From Candidatus Heimdallarchaeota archaeon (GTDB lineage Archaea; Asgardarchaeota; Heimdallarchaeia; Heimdallarchaeales; Heimdallarchaeaceae), in contig JAHLWR010000008.1 in the NCBI GenBank assembly GCA_019057815.1, positions 64,001 to 128,000 of the forward strand: a stretch of DNA of 64,000 bases, in the 5' to 3' direction. The translations under genes and the position numbers were made by a program. Each line of letters opens with the position of its first letter. Position 1 is the stretch's first letter. The notes below the pieces were generated by a model that saw only the letters and a list, made by a program, of their open reading frames with translations, ran no database searches and was not told where the DNA came from. This document shows, one piece after another, positions 19,601 to 29,820 of this stretch.

Positions 19601-21709
19601 TTGAGTAAGTTGATGGAACTGGCAAAATACATTCCTTTTCTTACTTCTACAGATAAGGAGGTTCTAGGAGGGCAACTAAATCCAGATGATTATAGTACTC
19701 TTTATGAGTATTATACTTTTGTAATTGATAATTGGGAATCTATTAATTCAATAGAACTCCCTTCAATTTATCAAGCTATCTTATCTTATGTTTTAACGAT
19801 ATATTTTGATTTTCAAAAATTAGGAGAATTTTACTACAAATATCCAACAATAGAAGTAGCAGCAACTTATTTGAGGATTTTAACAAGACAAAGTCAAAAA
19901 GAGAAAATCGATGAAATCATAAGTAAATTTCCTATAAATGAAATGGTAGAAGCACCAATTTATTCTCAATCAGATTTACTAATTTGGAAAATATATTTCC
20001 ATGTTTATAATCATGATTTCGACAAAGCAAGAGAACTTATCTTAATAGCTGAAAATCTTTTAAACAAGATAAATGAAAAAGAGGAATACTCAATACTATA
20101 CAAACAACAAACATCCCTGCTTTTCTATGTTAAAGCACTACTCTATAATATGACAAAGAAGATTCAACAGTCTCTAATAGATAACATTCAAGGAATTAAA
20201 ATTTTAGAAGAAAGTAAAACCTACGATAGTTTCATTCTTGGAACTTTATATAATATGTATGGTGGTACCTTAATGGGAGCAGGAGACCCTATAGCGAAAG
20301 ACAAATTTAAAACAGGGCTTAGTTACTTTTCTCAAAATAAAATTGAGAGAGGAATGGCAGTATGTCAAGCTAATATTGCGTCATTGTTAATACAAGAAGG
20401 AAGATTTGATGAAGCTTTGAGCTATTTTTATGATTTTGTAGAAATAATGGAAAAATATCAGGATCAAAGAAATATATTAGTGATATTTAATCATATATAT
20501 TCTTGTTTGAAATCATTAGGAAGAATGAACGAAGCTGAAGAATATTTAAACGAAGCATTCAAACGAATGGAGGAGCACAATCTAGAAAATGATGACATAT
20601 TCCTTGACGCTTCTGAATTCTATGCAATCGAGGGAAATTTCAAATTAGCAGAAAAACATTTAGAGAAATATGCTGAGGTATTAAAAGTAAAAGAAGAGGA
20701 AGAAACATTAACAAGTGCAACTTGTTTAATACATAAGGGATTTATTGAGCTAAAAAAGAAAAACATGTATGAATCTGAGCAACATTTACTTGAAGGAATT
20801 CAAATTGCTAAGAATAACCTTTCCGCTCCATTAAGCTTACAAGGTATAATATATCTAATTGAATTATTAATCAGTAAATACCGAACAGAAGAAGATAGTC
20901 TATCAAAACAAAAAATCATAGATGATATTGAATTATATAGTCAAGAGTGTGTAATTCTACTTCGAGAATATAAGTCTAATTTTCAAATGGTAAACTACGA
21001 ACTACTTTTAGCAACAACATATATTTTATCAAGTAAACTTGAACTTGCTTGGGATGTGTTGAAAAGAACATCTCAAGTCTGTAAACAATATAATTTTCAA
21101 AATCAGTTAGAAAAAGTTGAAAAAAATATTAGAATTGTACAAGAACTTAAATCAAATCAGAAAAAGTCTGAATTGGGAAAAGATATAATTAAGATGCGCT
21201 CTGATATTGAGCTCTCAATGGTAGATTATTCTGCAAAAGGAGTCAAAGATATTACTATTCTTACTGAAACGGATGAGAAACCACTACTTATATTTTTATT
21301 AGTTATTCTACCATCTGGTTTACCTTGTTATTCTTACAATTTCAAGACAGATAGAATTAGTGATAATGAAATTCTGATAGCTGGGTTAATAAATGCAATA
21401 CAGAATTTTAGTTCCGAGATATCCTTGAAGAAGGGAGTTTTTAGAATGCTGGAACACTCAGATTACATAGTATTGCTTGAACCTAGAGATAATTTTTCTA
21501 TTGCTATGTTTACAGACAGTTTCTCATATGAACTCAAAAAACATGTACTTGAATTCGCAAACAATGTAGAAAAAATCATTGATATTTTAGCTAAAAAGGA
21601 TTTTGTGAAAGTAGAGGAAGTTGAAGTAATAACAATCAAACTAGACAAGCTGATAAGAGAGATATTTCAATCTACTGAAATACCTATTCTTAATAGTAAA
21701 CACAATTGA
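19601..21709 (+). CDS. TPR-repeat protein with C-terminal longin-like domain
   Basis: TPR helices; C-terminal SGLPCYSYNF / LIAGLINAIQNFSSE. Confidence 0.75.
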   Translation: MSKLMELAKYIPFLTSTDKEVLGGQLNPDDYSTLYEYYTFVIDNWESINSIELPSIYQAILSYVLTIYFDFQKLGEFYYKYPTIEVAATYLRILTRQSQKEKIDEIISKFPINEMVEAPIYSQSDLLIWKIYFHVYNHDFDKARELILIAENLLNKINEKEEYSILYKQQTSLLFYVKALLYNMTKKIQQSLIDNIQGIKILEESKTYDSFILGTLYNMYGGTLMGAGDPIAKDKFKTGLSYFSQNKIERGMAVCQANIASLLIQEGRFDEALSYFYDFVEIMEKYQDQRNILVIFNHIYSCLKSLGRMNEAEEYLNEAFKRMEEHNLENDDIFLDASEFYAIEGNFKLAEKHLEKYAEVLKVKEEEETLTSATCLIHKGFIELKKKNMYESEQHLLEGIQIAKNNLSAPLSLQGIIYLIELLISKYRTEEDSLSKQKIIDDIELYSQECVILLREYKSNFQMVNYELLLATTYILSSKLELAWDVLKRTSQVCKQYNFQNQLEKVEKNIRIVQELKSNQKKSELGKDIIKMRSDIELSMVDYSAKGVKDITILTETDEKPLLIFLLVILPSGLPCYSYNFKTDRISDNEILIAGLINAIQNFSSEISLKKGVFRMLEHSDYIVLLEPRDNFSIAMFTDSFSYELKKHVLEFANNVEKIIDILAKKDFVKVEEVEVITIKLDKLIREIFQSTEIPILNSKHN

Positions 21710-23026
21710 AATACGTTTTTTTTGATTTTCATTTTTCTTTCTTTTTATTTTAACAATGAATTCTTATCAAGTAGCTAGAAAATACTAATTCTTGAGTTAT
21801 AAATTTATATACACTATTACTTTAGGGCAATAACAATGGAACAAGAGAATGATAGATTTTTACTCTCAGATGAAAAACTTCAAACAATCCAAGATTTATT
21901 AAAGGAAAACCAAAGAGATGTTCCAGCTTTTACAGATGAAGGAATATGTGATGAGTTCTATGTTCCTGTCAAAGATGGAGAGTTAAGAGTATTTCATCAC
22001 AAACCTGAAAAAATTGAAGTTAAAAGACCTATACTCTTTCTTCCTGGTTTTACTGCTAATCCTCTAACTTGGGTAGATTTTCATAAAACACACCAAGGTT
22101 TTACAGAGTATTTTTACATTGAGTCACGTGAAAAAAATTCTAGCAGATTAAAGAAGAGCAAAGATACTTTATTTACAGTTGATCAATGTGCTCAAGATTT
22201 ACGAGATGTTATCAAATACCTTGGATTTGCAAATAGAGATTATGTATTACATGGTTCAAGTTATGGAGGAGCTATCGTTTTGCAAAGTCTTATTAGAGAA
22301 TATATTAATCCTCCAACAGCTATTGTTTTTGACCCTATAGCTTTATGGGTTTATGGAGGTCCTATAATACACGCTATAATTCAAATTATTCCACCGAAAA
22401 TATTAGGGAAATTGCGTTTACTTATCACTCATATAGCATTAAGATCTATGAAAAATAAAAATCAAAAGAAAAGGATGATAGAATTTATTAAAGGGGGAGA
22501 TATCAGTAAATTTCAAAAAAGTACAAAACAAAATAGGAAATTTAATATCATCGACAAACTTCAAAAAATCAATAATGAAGTTTTCGTTTTTACTGGACCT
22601 TTGGACAAATATCACCCTAGAATAGCCTATTATAGTTATGCTAAAGAAATACCAAAAGGAAGATTCTTCTTCATGGAAACAGAAGAAAAACAACGACAAC
22701 TCCTTGCTGGGTTAATAGCTACAGCTTTTTCCAAAGTATCAAGTGACGAGGGTGTCCCTCAGATATTACTTCCCTTTGAAATTCCCATAGATAGAAGTAA
22801 AGGGGAAAAATAACAGATTGAATTCTAAAATCTGGTTTACTTATTATTGATTCATTAAAGAAACTGCCAGATATAATTTTTCACTATTGCTATGTTTACA
22901 GAGAGTTTCTCATATGAACTTAAAGAACATGCACTTGAATTCGCAAACAAAGTCGAAAAAGTCATTGATATTTTAGCTAAGAAGGATTTTGTGAAAGCAG
23001 AGGAAGTTGAGGTAATAACAACCAAA
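21498..23026 (+). repeat. Diverged direct repeat, 143 bp (21498-21640 and 22884-23026)
   Basis: Manual alignment: 11 mismatches in 143 nt, no gaps; second copy is a relic of the TPR gene 3' end. Confidence 0.95.
21836..22813 (+). CDS. Alpha/beta hydrolase-fold protein
   Basis: ILFLPGF oxyanion loop, GSSYGG nucleophile elbow. Confidence 0.8.
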   Translation: MEQENDRFLLSDEKLQTIQDLLKENQRDVPAFTDEGICDEFYVPVKDGELRVFHHKPEKIEVKRPILFLPGFTANPLTWVDFHKTHQGFTEYFYIESREKNSSRLKKSKDTLFTVDQCAQDLRDVIKYLGFANRDYVLHGSSYGGAIVLQSLIREYINPPTAIVFDPIALWVYGGPIIHAIIQIIPPKILGKLRLLITHIALRSMKNKNQKKRMIEFIKGGDISKFQKSTKQNRKFNIIDKLQKINNEVFVFTGPLDKYHPRIAYYSYAKEIPKGRFFFMETEEKQRQLLAGLIATAFSKVSSDEGVPQILLPFEIPIDRSKGEK

Positions 23027-23099
23027 TCGACTTATCTTATCGTATTTATTGGATATCTTACTTTGTTATCAACTAGATTATAACTTACAAAACAATTAC

Positions 23100-24326
23100 T
23101 TAACTTCCTAATGCTATAACATTCAAATGATTAACAATAAATTCGATAATTCTTTCCTTGTCTTCTAGTTCCTTTCTATTATTTATTTTCTTGATAAAAG
23201 AATCAAAACCTTTTTCCCATGAAACACGCTTATAAAGCATCCATTCTAAATTTTTAGGTATCACAACAGTTAACACAATATAACTTCTACCTTTATATCG
23301 AATATCTTTTTGTTTCTCATCTTTAATCCAGCTACTAAGAATTAATCCTGTATATCTTTGGTTATATAACATTGGAATAATTGCGGATCCCTCTATGTAT
23401 TCTTGACCTGCACCTAAAGTTGTTATACTCATTAAACTTTGTTTAAACACATAATCTTCCCTATGGTTTTCATCTTCCACAAATTTAAAACCATAAAAAG
23501 TGACTATTGCTGGTCCCTCTAGCTCAAATCGAATCATAGAAAAAGAAATTTCTTTGTTTTCAGTAAGATTTTGAATAACTCTACTCAGAGAAAAAATACA
23601 TTTAGGATCAAGTACACCAGCAAGTAATATTAACGTAACTCCTGTTAATGCAAGTAACCTAGAACTGATGAATAATGCAATTTTTAAATACAAATTATAT
23701 TCAAAATAATCCATAACTCCTTCTATAGCAAATAATAGAAATCCAGAAAGGGATATTATAGCTCCTGAAAAATACATTTTAGATACTTTTTTCTTAACCC
23801 ATAAGCGCTTTTTTGGATGTGAAAATAATGTAGACATTTGGAGCAAAAATAACATCATTAAACACCAACTAGTGATAAGAACCCCAAAAAAAATGTTAGC
23901 TTTAAATTTTATAACATACTCTGTATGTTCAATCCAGAAAAATTTCGCTCCAGTTTCATAGTTATATTGTGATAATAATAAGCTAATTAGGATTATACTA
24001 AAATATGTCATTATTTTCTTATAAGGAGGAAAATAAGAAAAACGTGGAACCATAGTATAAGATGAGAGATTTAGTAAAGCTGCAATAATGATTGTAGAAA
24101 AAAATATAGGCGTTATATAATGTTCATATTTGGATAGATCTTTGATATAGATATAGGCATTAGATGTATATAACCAGAAAGCAACAATGTCTATAGCTAA
24201 AATACCCAAGAAAAATCTTCTCCCTATTCTTTTTTTTAAGATAAAAAAATTGATTACAATGACTACTATAATTAAAAGAGTAGATATAACGAATCCCAAT
24301 AAAAGAAAAAACTCTATAAGATTCAT
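23100..24326 (-). CDS. 7-TM membrane protein fused to a cytoplasmic uDENN/longin-like domain
   Basis: Seven hydrophobic helices from MNLIEFF (ATG 24326), then soluble FSMIRFELEGP..GAGQEYIEG..IPM..D....DIR domain. Confidence 0.6.
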   Translation of the reverse strand: MNLIEFFLLLGFVISTLLIIVVIVINFFILKKRIGRRFFLGILAIDIVAFWLYTSNAYIYIKDLSKYEHYITPIFFSTIIIAALLNLSSYTMVPRFSYFPPYKKIMTYFSIILISLLLSQYNYETGAKFFWIEHTEYVIKFKANIFFGVLITSWCLMMLFLLQMSTLFSHPKKRLWVKKKVSKMYFSGAIISLSGFLLFAIEGVMDYFEYNLYLKIALFISSRLLALTGVTLILLAGVLDPKCIFSLSRVIQNLTENKEISFSMIRFELEGPAIVTFYGFKFVEDENHREDYVFKQSLMSITTLGAGQEYIEGSAIIPMLYNQRYTGLILSSWIKDEKQKDIRYKGRSYIVLTVVIPKNLEWMLYKRVSWEKGFDSFIKKINNRKELEDKERIIEFIVNHLNVIALGS

Positions 24327-24688
24327 TAATACATTAAATATTGTTTTATTATAAAAACACTTTTGCCATAATATCTTAAAAGAAGAAGAATTTGAGTAAA
24401 AATAGTAATTTTGTGGGGTATTACTCTTTGTCATTACTGTAGAAGGAAAAAGAGCATGTATAGCGCTTACTGACCTAATTTCGGTTCATTTAGTTATTAA
24501 TATAAATGAGTTCTTACAATAGACTATTTAACCGAAGTTGGGATAGATTCAGATGCCTCCTCTAAATGATTTAATGCCTTTATTATTATCAGTTTTTCAA
24601 ATTTTCTTAGGAATTGGTTTGTTTACATGGTTAGTAATAGAATATAAAAAGAGTAAATACCAAACAATTAAGTATCTTCTAACTGCAA

Positions 24689-24920
24689 CAACAATTTCCT
24701 GACGCAGTTCAGGTAAACCTGAGCTAGTAGAATACCCTCCAACAAGCCCTTTTTCTATAGCTTCAATTGCACCTTCTTTGATATGGAGAGGAGTGTCAGA
24801 TGTTGGTTTCGCCCAAGACAAAAAGGCTACATCATCAATCGTACTTGACAATCTTGTCATTTCATGAATAGCTGATTTTGGAATTTGCTGAACACGTCTA
24901 GAGAATTTGTTATTTTTCAT
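24689..24920 (-). pseudogene. Truncated class I/II PLP aminotransferase (first ~77 aa only)
   Basis: FSRRV..IPKSAI..TP.HIKE.AIEA..YSTSSGLPELRQEI then unrelated sequence. Confidence 0.8.
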
Positions 24921-25080
24921 TTTTTATCATAACCAATTTAAAGATTTTAAGAGAGTCATTTTAAAGATTTCGTAAATTTTTCTCTTCATAATAATGGGAA
25001 TATCATTAAAAATAATGAAACAAAAAATGAAACTATCCAGATGAGCAGTTTATTGAAAAGAATAATAAACTTAAAAATAA

Positions 25081-26208
25081 ATGAAAGAAATGAAAGAAAT
25101 GAAAACTCGGAAACTTTCAAAAATAGAAGCATTAGATTTAGTAATTGGTGCGAAAATTTTAGCTTGTGGTGGAGGAGGGAGTGAAACTGATGCAATAATA
25201 AACATTAAGAAAACATATGATGATGGAAGATTCTTTACAATTGGCGATTTATCAAGTTTTAAATCAAAGGATTATATCTGCATAATTGGGATGGTTGGAG
25301 GGGGAATCACTGATGAAGATGCTAAGTTAATTGAAAATTTAGATGTGATTCAAAAGAATCCGATGGTTGCAGCTGTAAAGGAGTTAGAGGAATTTCTAGA
25401 AATTAATTTTCAAGGTTTTATTGCTACAGAGCTTGGACCAAATAATAGTATCATTCCTTTAATGGTAGCTGCTCAAATGGGTAAAATAGCTATTGATGGT
25501 GATTGTTGTGGTAGAAGTAAACCAAAGATTTCAATAAGCACAACAAAGATAACTGATATTTCTATTTCTCCCTTCTCAATTGTTAATTGTTATGGAGATG
25601 TGCAAATTGTAAAAAAATCTGTAGATGATACACGTGGAGAAATTATAGCAAGAGAAATTGCTAGACTTTCTGGAGGTTCTGTGAGTGTTGCTAGATGCCC
25701 TATGACAATCGAAAAAGCAAAAGCAGCTGTTATTCCAGGAACTTTTTCATTGGCAATTAAACTTGGAAACAAAGTGAGAGAAGCAAATGAGAAGAAAGAA
25801 AATCCAATCAGAGTCATTAAAAAAACCTTACCTGATGCCAAATTCATCTATACAGGTGAAGTAAAAGAGTTTTCTCGTGTAGAGGAAGGAGGTTTTACTT
25901 CAGGGGAAATAATATTACAATCTAATGAAACTAAAAATCAATTGAAAATTTGGTATCAAAATGAGTACCTTCTATCTTGGATAAATAACCAACATTATGT
26001 CACGTGTCCTGATGGATTTTACATAATAGACTCTCATACAGGATATGGTCTTACTCCTTGGGAAGAGGATTTCGAAGAAGGGAGAAAGGTCACTGTTTTT
26101 GTTCGTGATGCTCCTGAAATTTGGAGTAAGAAGAAAGGATTAGAGGTTTTTGGACCACAAGTATTTGATGAGAATTGGTCGGAATATAAAAAATCAAGTT
26201 CATTCTAA
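25081..26208 (+). CDS. DUF917 family protein
   Basis: GA.ILACGGGG, ELGP.N, DGD..GRSKP, QNEYL, CPD. Confidence 0.88.
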   Translation: MKEMKEMKTRKLSKIEALDLVIGAKILACGGGGSETDAIINIKKTYDDGRFFTIGDLSSFKSKDYICIIGMVGGGITDEDAKLIENLDVIQKNPMVAAVKELEEFLEINFQGFIATELGPNNSIIPLMVAAQMGKIAIDGDCCGRSKPKISISTTKITDISISPFSIVNCYGDVQIVKKSVDDTRGEIIAREIARLSGGSVSVARCPMTIEKAKAAVIPGTFSLAIKLGNKVREANEKKENPIRVIKKTLPDAKFIYTGEVKEFSRVEEGGFTSGEIILQSNETKNQLKIWYQNEYLLSWINNQHYVTCPDGFYIIDSHTGYGLTPWEEDFEEGRKVTVFVRDAPEIWSKKKGLEVFGPQVFDENWSEYKKSSSF

Positions 26209-26289
26209 GATGAACAACTCTCCATCTGTCGTTGCTTAGAGTAATATTGTATTTATAGTATTTATGAGTGATTTTCCCACTTTTCCCAC

Positions 26290-26646
26290 TTAAGGGTAGT
26301 GGCAAATAGTTTTTTCAGATACTTCCCTTTGCCTAATTGTTGACAAATGCGATATAGCTCTTTTTCCCTTTGAAGTTAGAATAAAGATTTTGTTATCACT
26401 CTCACTAGAAGAACAGTTGCTAGAAAATGCGCAAAATCTACAAGAAAGTGATAACAATCCTCTTCTTGGTGAAAATTTGCTTTGAACTTGTTTTTTTGTA
26501 TCATTAAGTTGCTCTTTAATGTATCCAACATTTATACAATGTTCGATTTTAGATTGTATTAGATCAGTGTTGATACTTAGTTTTAATGCCAATTGTTGAT
26601 TTGTTATAGCACCTTCACTAAGACTACTTAACAACTTTAGCATCAA
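26290..26646 (-). CDS. feoC: FeoC-like winged-helix protein with Cys cluster
   Basis: LA.KL.I....IQS..E....GYI plus CRFC....C; last gene of the feo operon. Confidence 0.6.
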   Translation of the reverse strand: MMLKLLSSLSEGAITNQQLALKLSINTDLIQSKIEHCINVGYIKEQLNDTKKQVQSKFSPRRGLLSLSCRFCAFSSNCSSSESDNKIFILTSKGKRAISHLSTIRQREVSEKTICHYP

Positions 26647-26678
26647 TATATATTCACCATCTTTCAGTAGTTTTTTAT

Positions 26679-27179
26679 CTAACTTTGCTGTAATTGTTCC
26701 TTTCTCCTTCTAAGAACTGTAAATCCCCCATATTTTATGGCTAAGAATATTGGTATTGGTGATAAAAATATTATCCATCGTAAGCTAGCTAAAGCAGTCC
26801 AATCTTCATAATCTTCTAGTTTTAAAGCATAAGCATTGAATACATCAGTTAGTAGAATAACGATAAATAAGAGTATGAAACCCAAAGCTATTACAATACC
26901 AACTGAAAGGTACCCTTTTGCATTCTGCTCCCTAATAGAAATAAAGTAACCTGCTAGCCATACTAGACCAACAATAAGAATTGATAATCCAGGAAAAATT
27001 CCAGGAGGGAAAGGAATTGCATTTACCCAATGTTCTTCTAACTCTTTTATATCAGCATATATCTTAAAAGCACCTAGTACTATTTCAGCTAGAGCTACCA
27101 TTAAGAAAATAAGACTCCCCAAAAGTAGGGAAGTTTTAATATCTTTTGAAGTATTTTTCACTGTTTCCATTCTTATCAC
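26679..27179 (-). CDS. 4-TM membrane protein within the feo operon
   Basis: Hydrophobic segments; abuts the feoB stop. Confidence 0.7.
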   Translation of the reverse strand: MIRMETVKNTSKDIKTSLLLGSLIFLMVALAEIVLGAFKIYADIKELEEHWVNAIPFPPGIFPGLSILIVGLVWLAGYFISIREQNAKGYLSVGIVIALGFILLFIVILLTDVFNAYALKLEDYEDWTALASLRWIIFLSPIPIFLAIKYGGFTVLRRRKEQLQQS

Positions 27180-29222
27180 CTATAATCCAAATCCCATTAG
27201 AGATCCTATTTGAAAAACTGCGAAAGCGAACAACCAAGCAATAACAGTGCTATAAACCATTGTGAAGATTGTCCATCGCCAACTACCCGTTTCTTTTCTC
27301 ATTACACCTACGACTGCTGCACAAGGAAAATATAGTAGAGTGAAAACCATTAAACTCAAAGAATTTAAAGCATAGAAACCTCCATCAGCTAAAATAGCAG
27401 ATTTAATGCCTTCGTCACTTTCACCACCACCAACAATAGTACCTAATGAACCTACAATTAGTTCCTTTGCTACAAAACCAACAATTAGAGCAACAACAAT
27501 CCTCCAGTCGAATCCAAGTGGTTTGAAGATAGGTTCAAAGAATGTACCAACAGCTGCTAACCATGTTTCGGGACCACCATACTCTACACCACCAAAAGGC
27601 ATTGCTGCTAAAAACCATACAAAAACGACACCTATCAGAATTATTGTTCCTGCTTTTTTCAGGTACATCTTTCCTTTGTCCCACATTGCAACTGTAGCAG
27701 ATTTTAGCTTTGGTGAGTGGTATGGAGGTAATTCCATAATGAATGGTGCAGATGTACCTTTAAAGAAGGTCTTTCTTAAAAGAAATGCAGTAAGAATTGC
27801 AACTACAATTCCCAAAATATATAGAGTAAAAATAACTGTTCCTGCTGTTGCTCCAAAAAATAATCCTGCAAACAAGATAAATACAGGCATTCTTGCACCA
27901 CAAGACATGAATGGATTTATCAATATTGTAATCATCCTATCTTTATTATTCTTTAAAGATCTAGTACTCATAATAGCTGGTACATTACATCCAAAACCTA
28001 GTAGCATTGGAATGAAGGAATGACCGTGTAAACCGAATTTTACCATTAATTTATCCATAACAAATGCTGCACGAGCTAAATAGCCTGAGTCTTCAAGAAT
28101 TGATAATATGAAGAACATTGTGAAAATCGGAGGTACAAAAATCAACACTGCACCTAAACCCCCAACAATCCCGTCGCCTAGTAAAGAACCTAACCACTCA
28201 ATTCGGATACTATCGACTAGAAGTCCCGCTAACCAACCAAAAAACACATCTACCAACTCCATAAATGGAACTGCAACAGCAAAAACAAATTGAAATGAAC
28301 CCCACATAATCATAAGAAAAATTGGTATTCCAAGCCATTTGTGTGTAACAACTCTATCTATTAAATCAGAACGGGTTACTTTAGTTTCAGCTTTCTTCCA
28401 AGCCTTTGAGGTAACTTTTGAAATATATTCGTATTTTGAATCAATTATTTCAGCCTCATAATCTTCTTTACTAAAAGAAGTTAGCTCTCCAACAATCTCG
28501 CTTTTAACGTTCCAACGCTCCAGAAGTGTTGGAATCTCTGAATTATTTTGGAGAATTTGTGTAGCTAACCATCTCAAATTGAAATCAGAGGGAATTGAGG
28601 GTATTGTCTCTAGTATTTTTTGAATTTTCGAAAGTGCGTTTTCAATTTCCTTTGAATATTTGATTCCCATGGGTTTTTGATCCTCTTGATAAACAGATTC
28701 AATTGCATTTTCAAGATCATCAATACCAATTTTTTTGTTAGCAATCATAGGTACAACAGGAATACCTAGCTCTGTTGAGAGTTTTTGTACATCAATTGAT
28801 GAACCATTTTTCTTTAATAAGTCCATCATGTTTAAAGCTATAACTACTCTAGCACCTAACTCTCTTAGCATTGTAGTTAAATAGAGATTACGTTCTAAAT
28901 TCGAAGCGTCTACTATTTGTACAACAACTTCTGGATTTCCATTGATAATATAATCTCTTGCAATTTGTTCATCTAGTGACGAAGCAGATAAAGAGTAAGT
29001 TCCTGGTAAATCAGTAATAGAGAGTTCAAAATTGTTAAAACTTCTTTTACCCTCCTTTTTCTCAACAGTAACTCCTGACCAATTACCAATTTTCTGCTTT
29101 AAACCTGTTAAAGCATTAAAAAGTGTACTTTTTCCAGTATTAGGGTTGCCTGCCAATGCAATATTAATAGCAATTTTACTACCATCAGAAATGTTTTTTA
29201 TTTTTTTAGCTTTAATAGTCAT
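27180..29222 (-). CDS. feoB: Ferrous iron transporter B
   Basis: GNPNTGKS, NWSGVTVE, DLPG, NMMD, GFGCNVPA, PFMSCGAR, YFPC. Confidence 0.98.
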   Translation of the reverse strand: MTIKAKKIKNISDGSKIAINIALAGNPNTGKSTLFNALTGLKQKIGNWSGVTVEKKEGKRSFNNFELSITDLPGTYSLSASSLDEQIARDYIINGNPEVVVQIVDASNLERNLYLTTMLRELGARVVIALNMMDLLKKNGSSIDVQKLSTELGIPVVPMIANKKIGIDDLENAIESVYQEDQKPMGIKYSKEIENALSKIQKILETIPSIPSDFNLRWLATQILQNNSEIPTLLERWNVKSEIVGELTSFSKEDYEAEIIDSKYEYISKVTSKAWKKAETKVTRSDLIDRVVTHKWLGIPIFLMIMWGSFQFVFAVAVPFMELVDVFFGWLAGLLVDSIRIEWLGSLLGDGIVGGLGAVLIFVPPIFTMFFILSILEDSGYLARAAFVMDKLMVKFGLHGHSFIPMLLGFGCNVPAIMSTRSLKNNKDRMITILINPFMSCGARMPVFILFAGLFFGATAGTVIFTLYILGIVVAILTAFLLRKTFFKGTSAPFIMELPPYHSPKLKSATVAMWDKGKMYLKKAGTIILIGVVFVWFLAAMPFGGVEYGGPETWLAAVGTFFEPIFKPLGFDWRIVVALIVGFVAKELIVGSLGTIVGGGESDEGIKSAILADGGFYALNSLSLMVFTLLYFPCAAVVGVMRKETGSWRWTIFTMVYSTVIAWLFAFAVFQIGSLMGFGL

Positions 29223-29500
29223 TTTTCCACCTTTCGTTCTCTAGATTCTGTAAGTATTTTCACTGATATCCCTCTTCCTAAAGCAAAACGAGTCTGTCCA
29301 ATAGCAATAATAACAGGACCAAAAGAATTTTTGATGACTGTTACATCTATTCCCTCACGAAGACCCATCTCATTAATACGATTACGTAAACGAGTACCAC
29401 CGCTAATAGAAACGATTCTTACTTTCTTACCTTCAGATACAAATCCGAGGGGAACAAGAATTTCATTGTTCATAGTTTTAATGACCTCTTTAGTTAACAT
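29219..29500 (-). CDS. feoA: Ferrous iron transport protein A
   Basis: R..EMGL..G..V.V....GP......RFALGRG. Confidence 0.92.
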   Translation of the reverse strand: MLTKEVIKTMNNEILVPLGFVSEGKKVRIVSISGGTRLRNRINEMGLREGIDVTVIKNSFGPVIIAIGQTRFALGRGISVKILTESRERKVEK

Positions 29501-29730
29501 TCAACAATCACCTTGCTTGCTTCTTCCTTCCGAAGAGTCAAATTGTAATTCCTAAATTTGTACTCTATTGGGTCACCAAGAGGAGCTTTTCCAATTACTC
29601 TGATTTCTGTATTTCGTGTTAAACCCATTTCCATGAGCTTGCGTCTCAAATCGCCTGATGTACCTATTTTTACTATTTTAGCTACATCTCCAACTTCTAG
29701 TTGATCCAATGTAATTTCTTTATCAGTCAT
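29494..29730 (-). CDS. feoA: Ferrous iron transport protein A
   Basis: RRKLMEMGL..APLGDP..LRKEEA. Confidence 0.95.
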   Translation of the reverse strand: MTDKEITLDQLEVGDVAKIVKIGTSGDLRRKLMEMGLTRNTEIRVIGKAPLGDPIEYKFRNYNLTLRKEEASKVIVEC

Positions 29731-29756
29731 TAAATCACTTCAATTATTGTAAAAAT

Positions 29757-29791
29757 TTCGGTAGACCGAATATTTATTTCGGTAGACCGAA
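29757..29791. promoter_or_regulatory. Tandem palindromic operators TTCGGT-AG-ACCGAA x2 (putative DtxR-family sites)
   Basis: Identical 14-mers at 29757-29770 and 29778-29791, 21 bp apart, just downstream of the minus-strand TTTATATA box (about 29803-29810). Confidence 0.8.
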
Positions 29792-29820
29792 AAACTGTCT
29801 AGTATATAAAATTTGTCCCA

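Noticed and set aside
22892-23083. 63-aa ORF as a real gene
   Set aside because: It is the duplicated 3' fragment of 19601-21709 with an unrelated tail
27406-28023. 205-aa antisense ORF in feoB and the many other antisense or nested ORFs in the track
   Set aside because: Shadows of well-supported genes on the opposite strand or frame, with no motifs
29757-29791. Repeated 14-mers as a mini CRISPR array
   Set aside because: Only two units with a 7-bp gap and no cas genes; operator interpretation fits better
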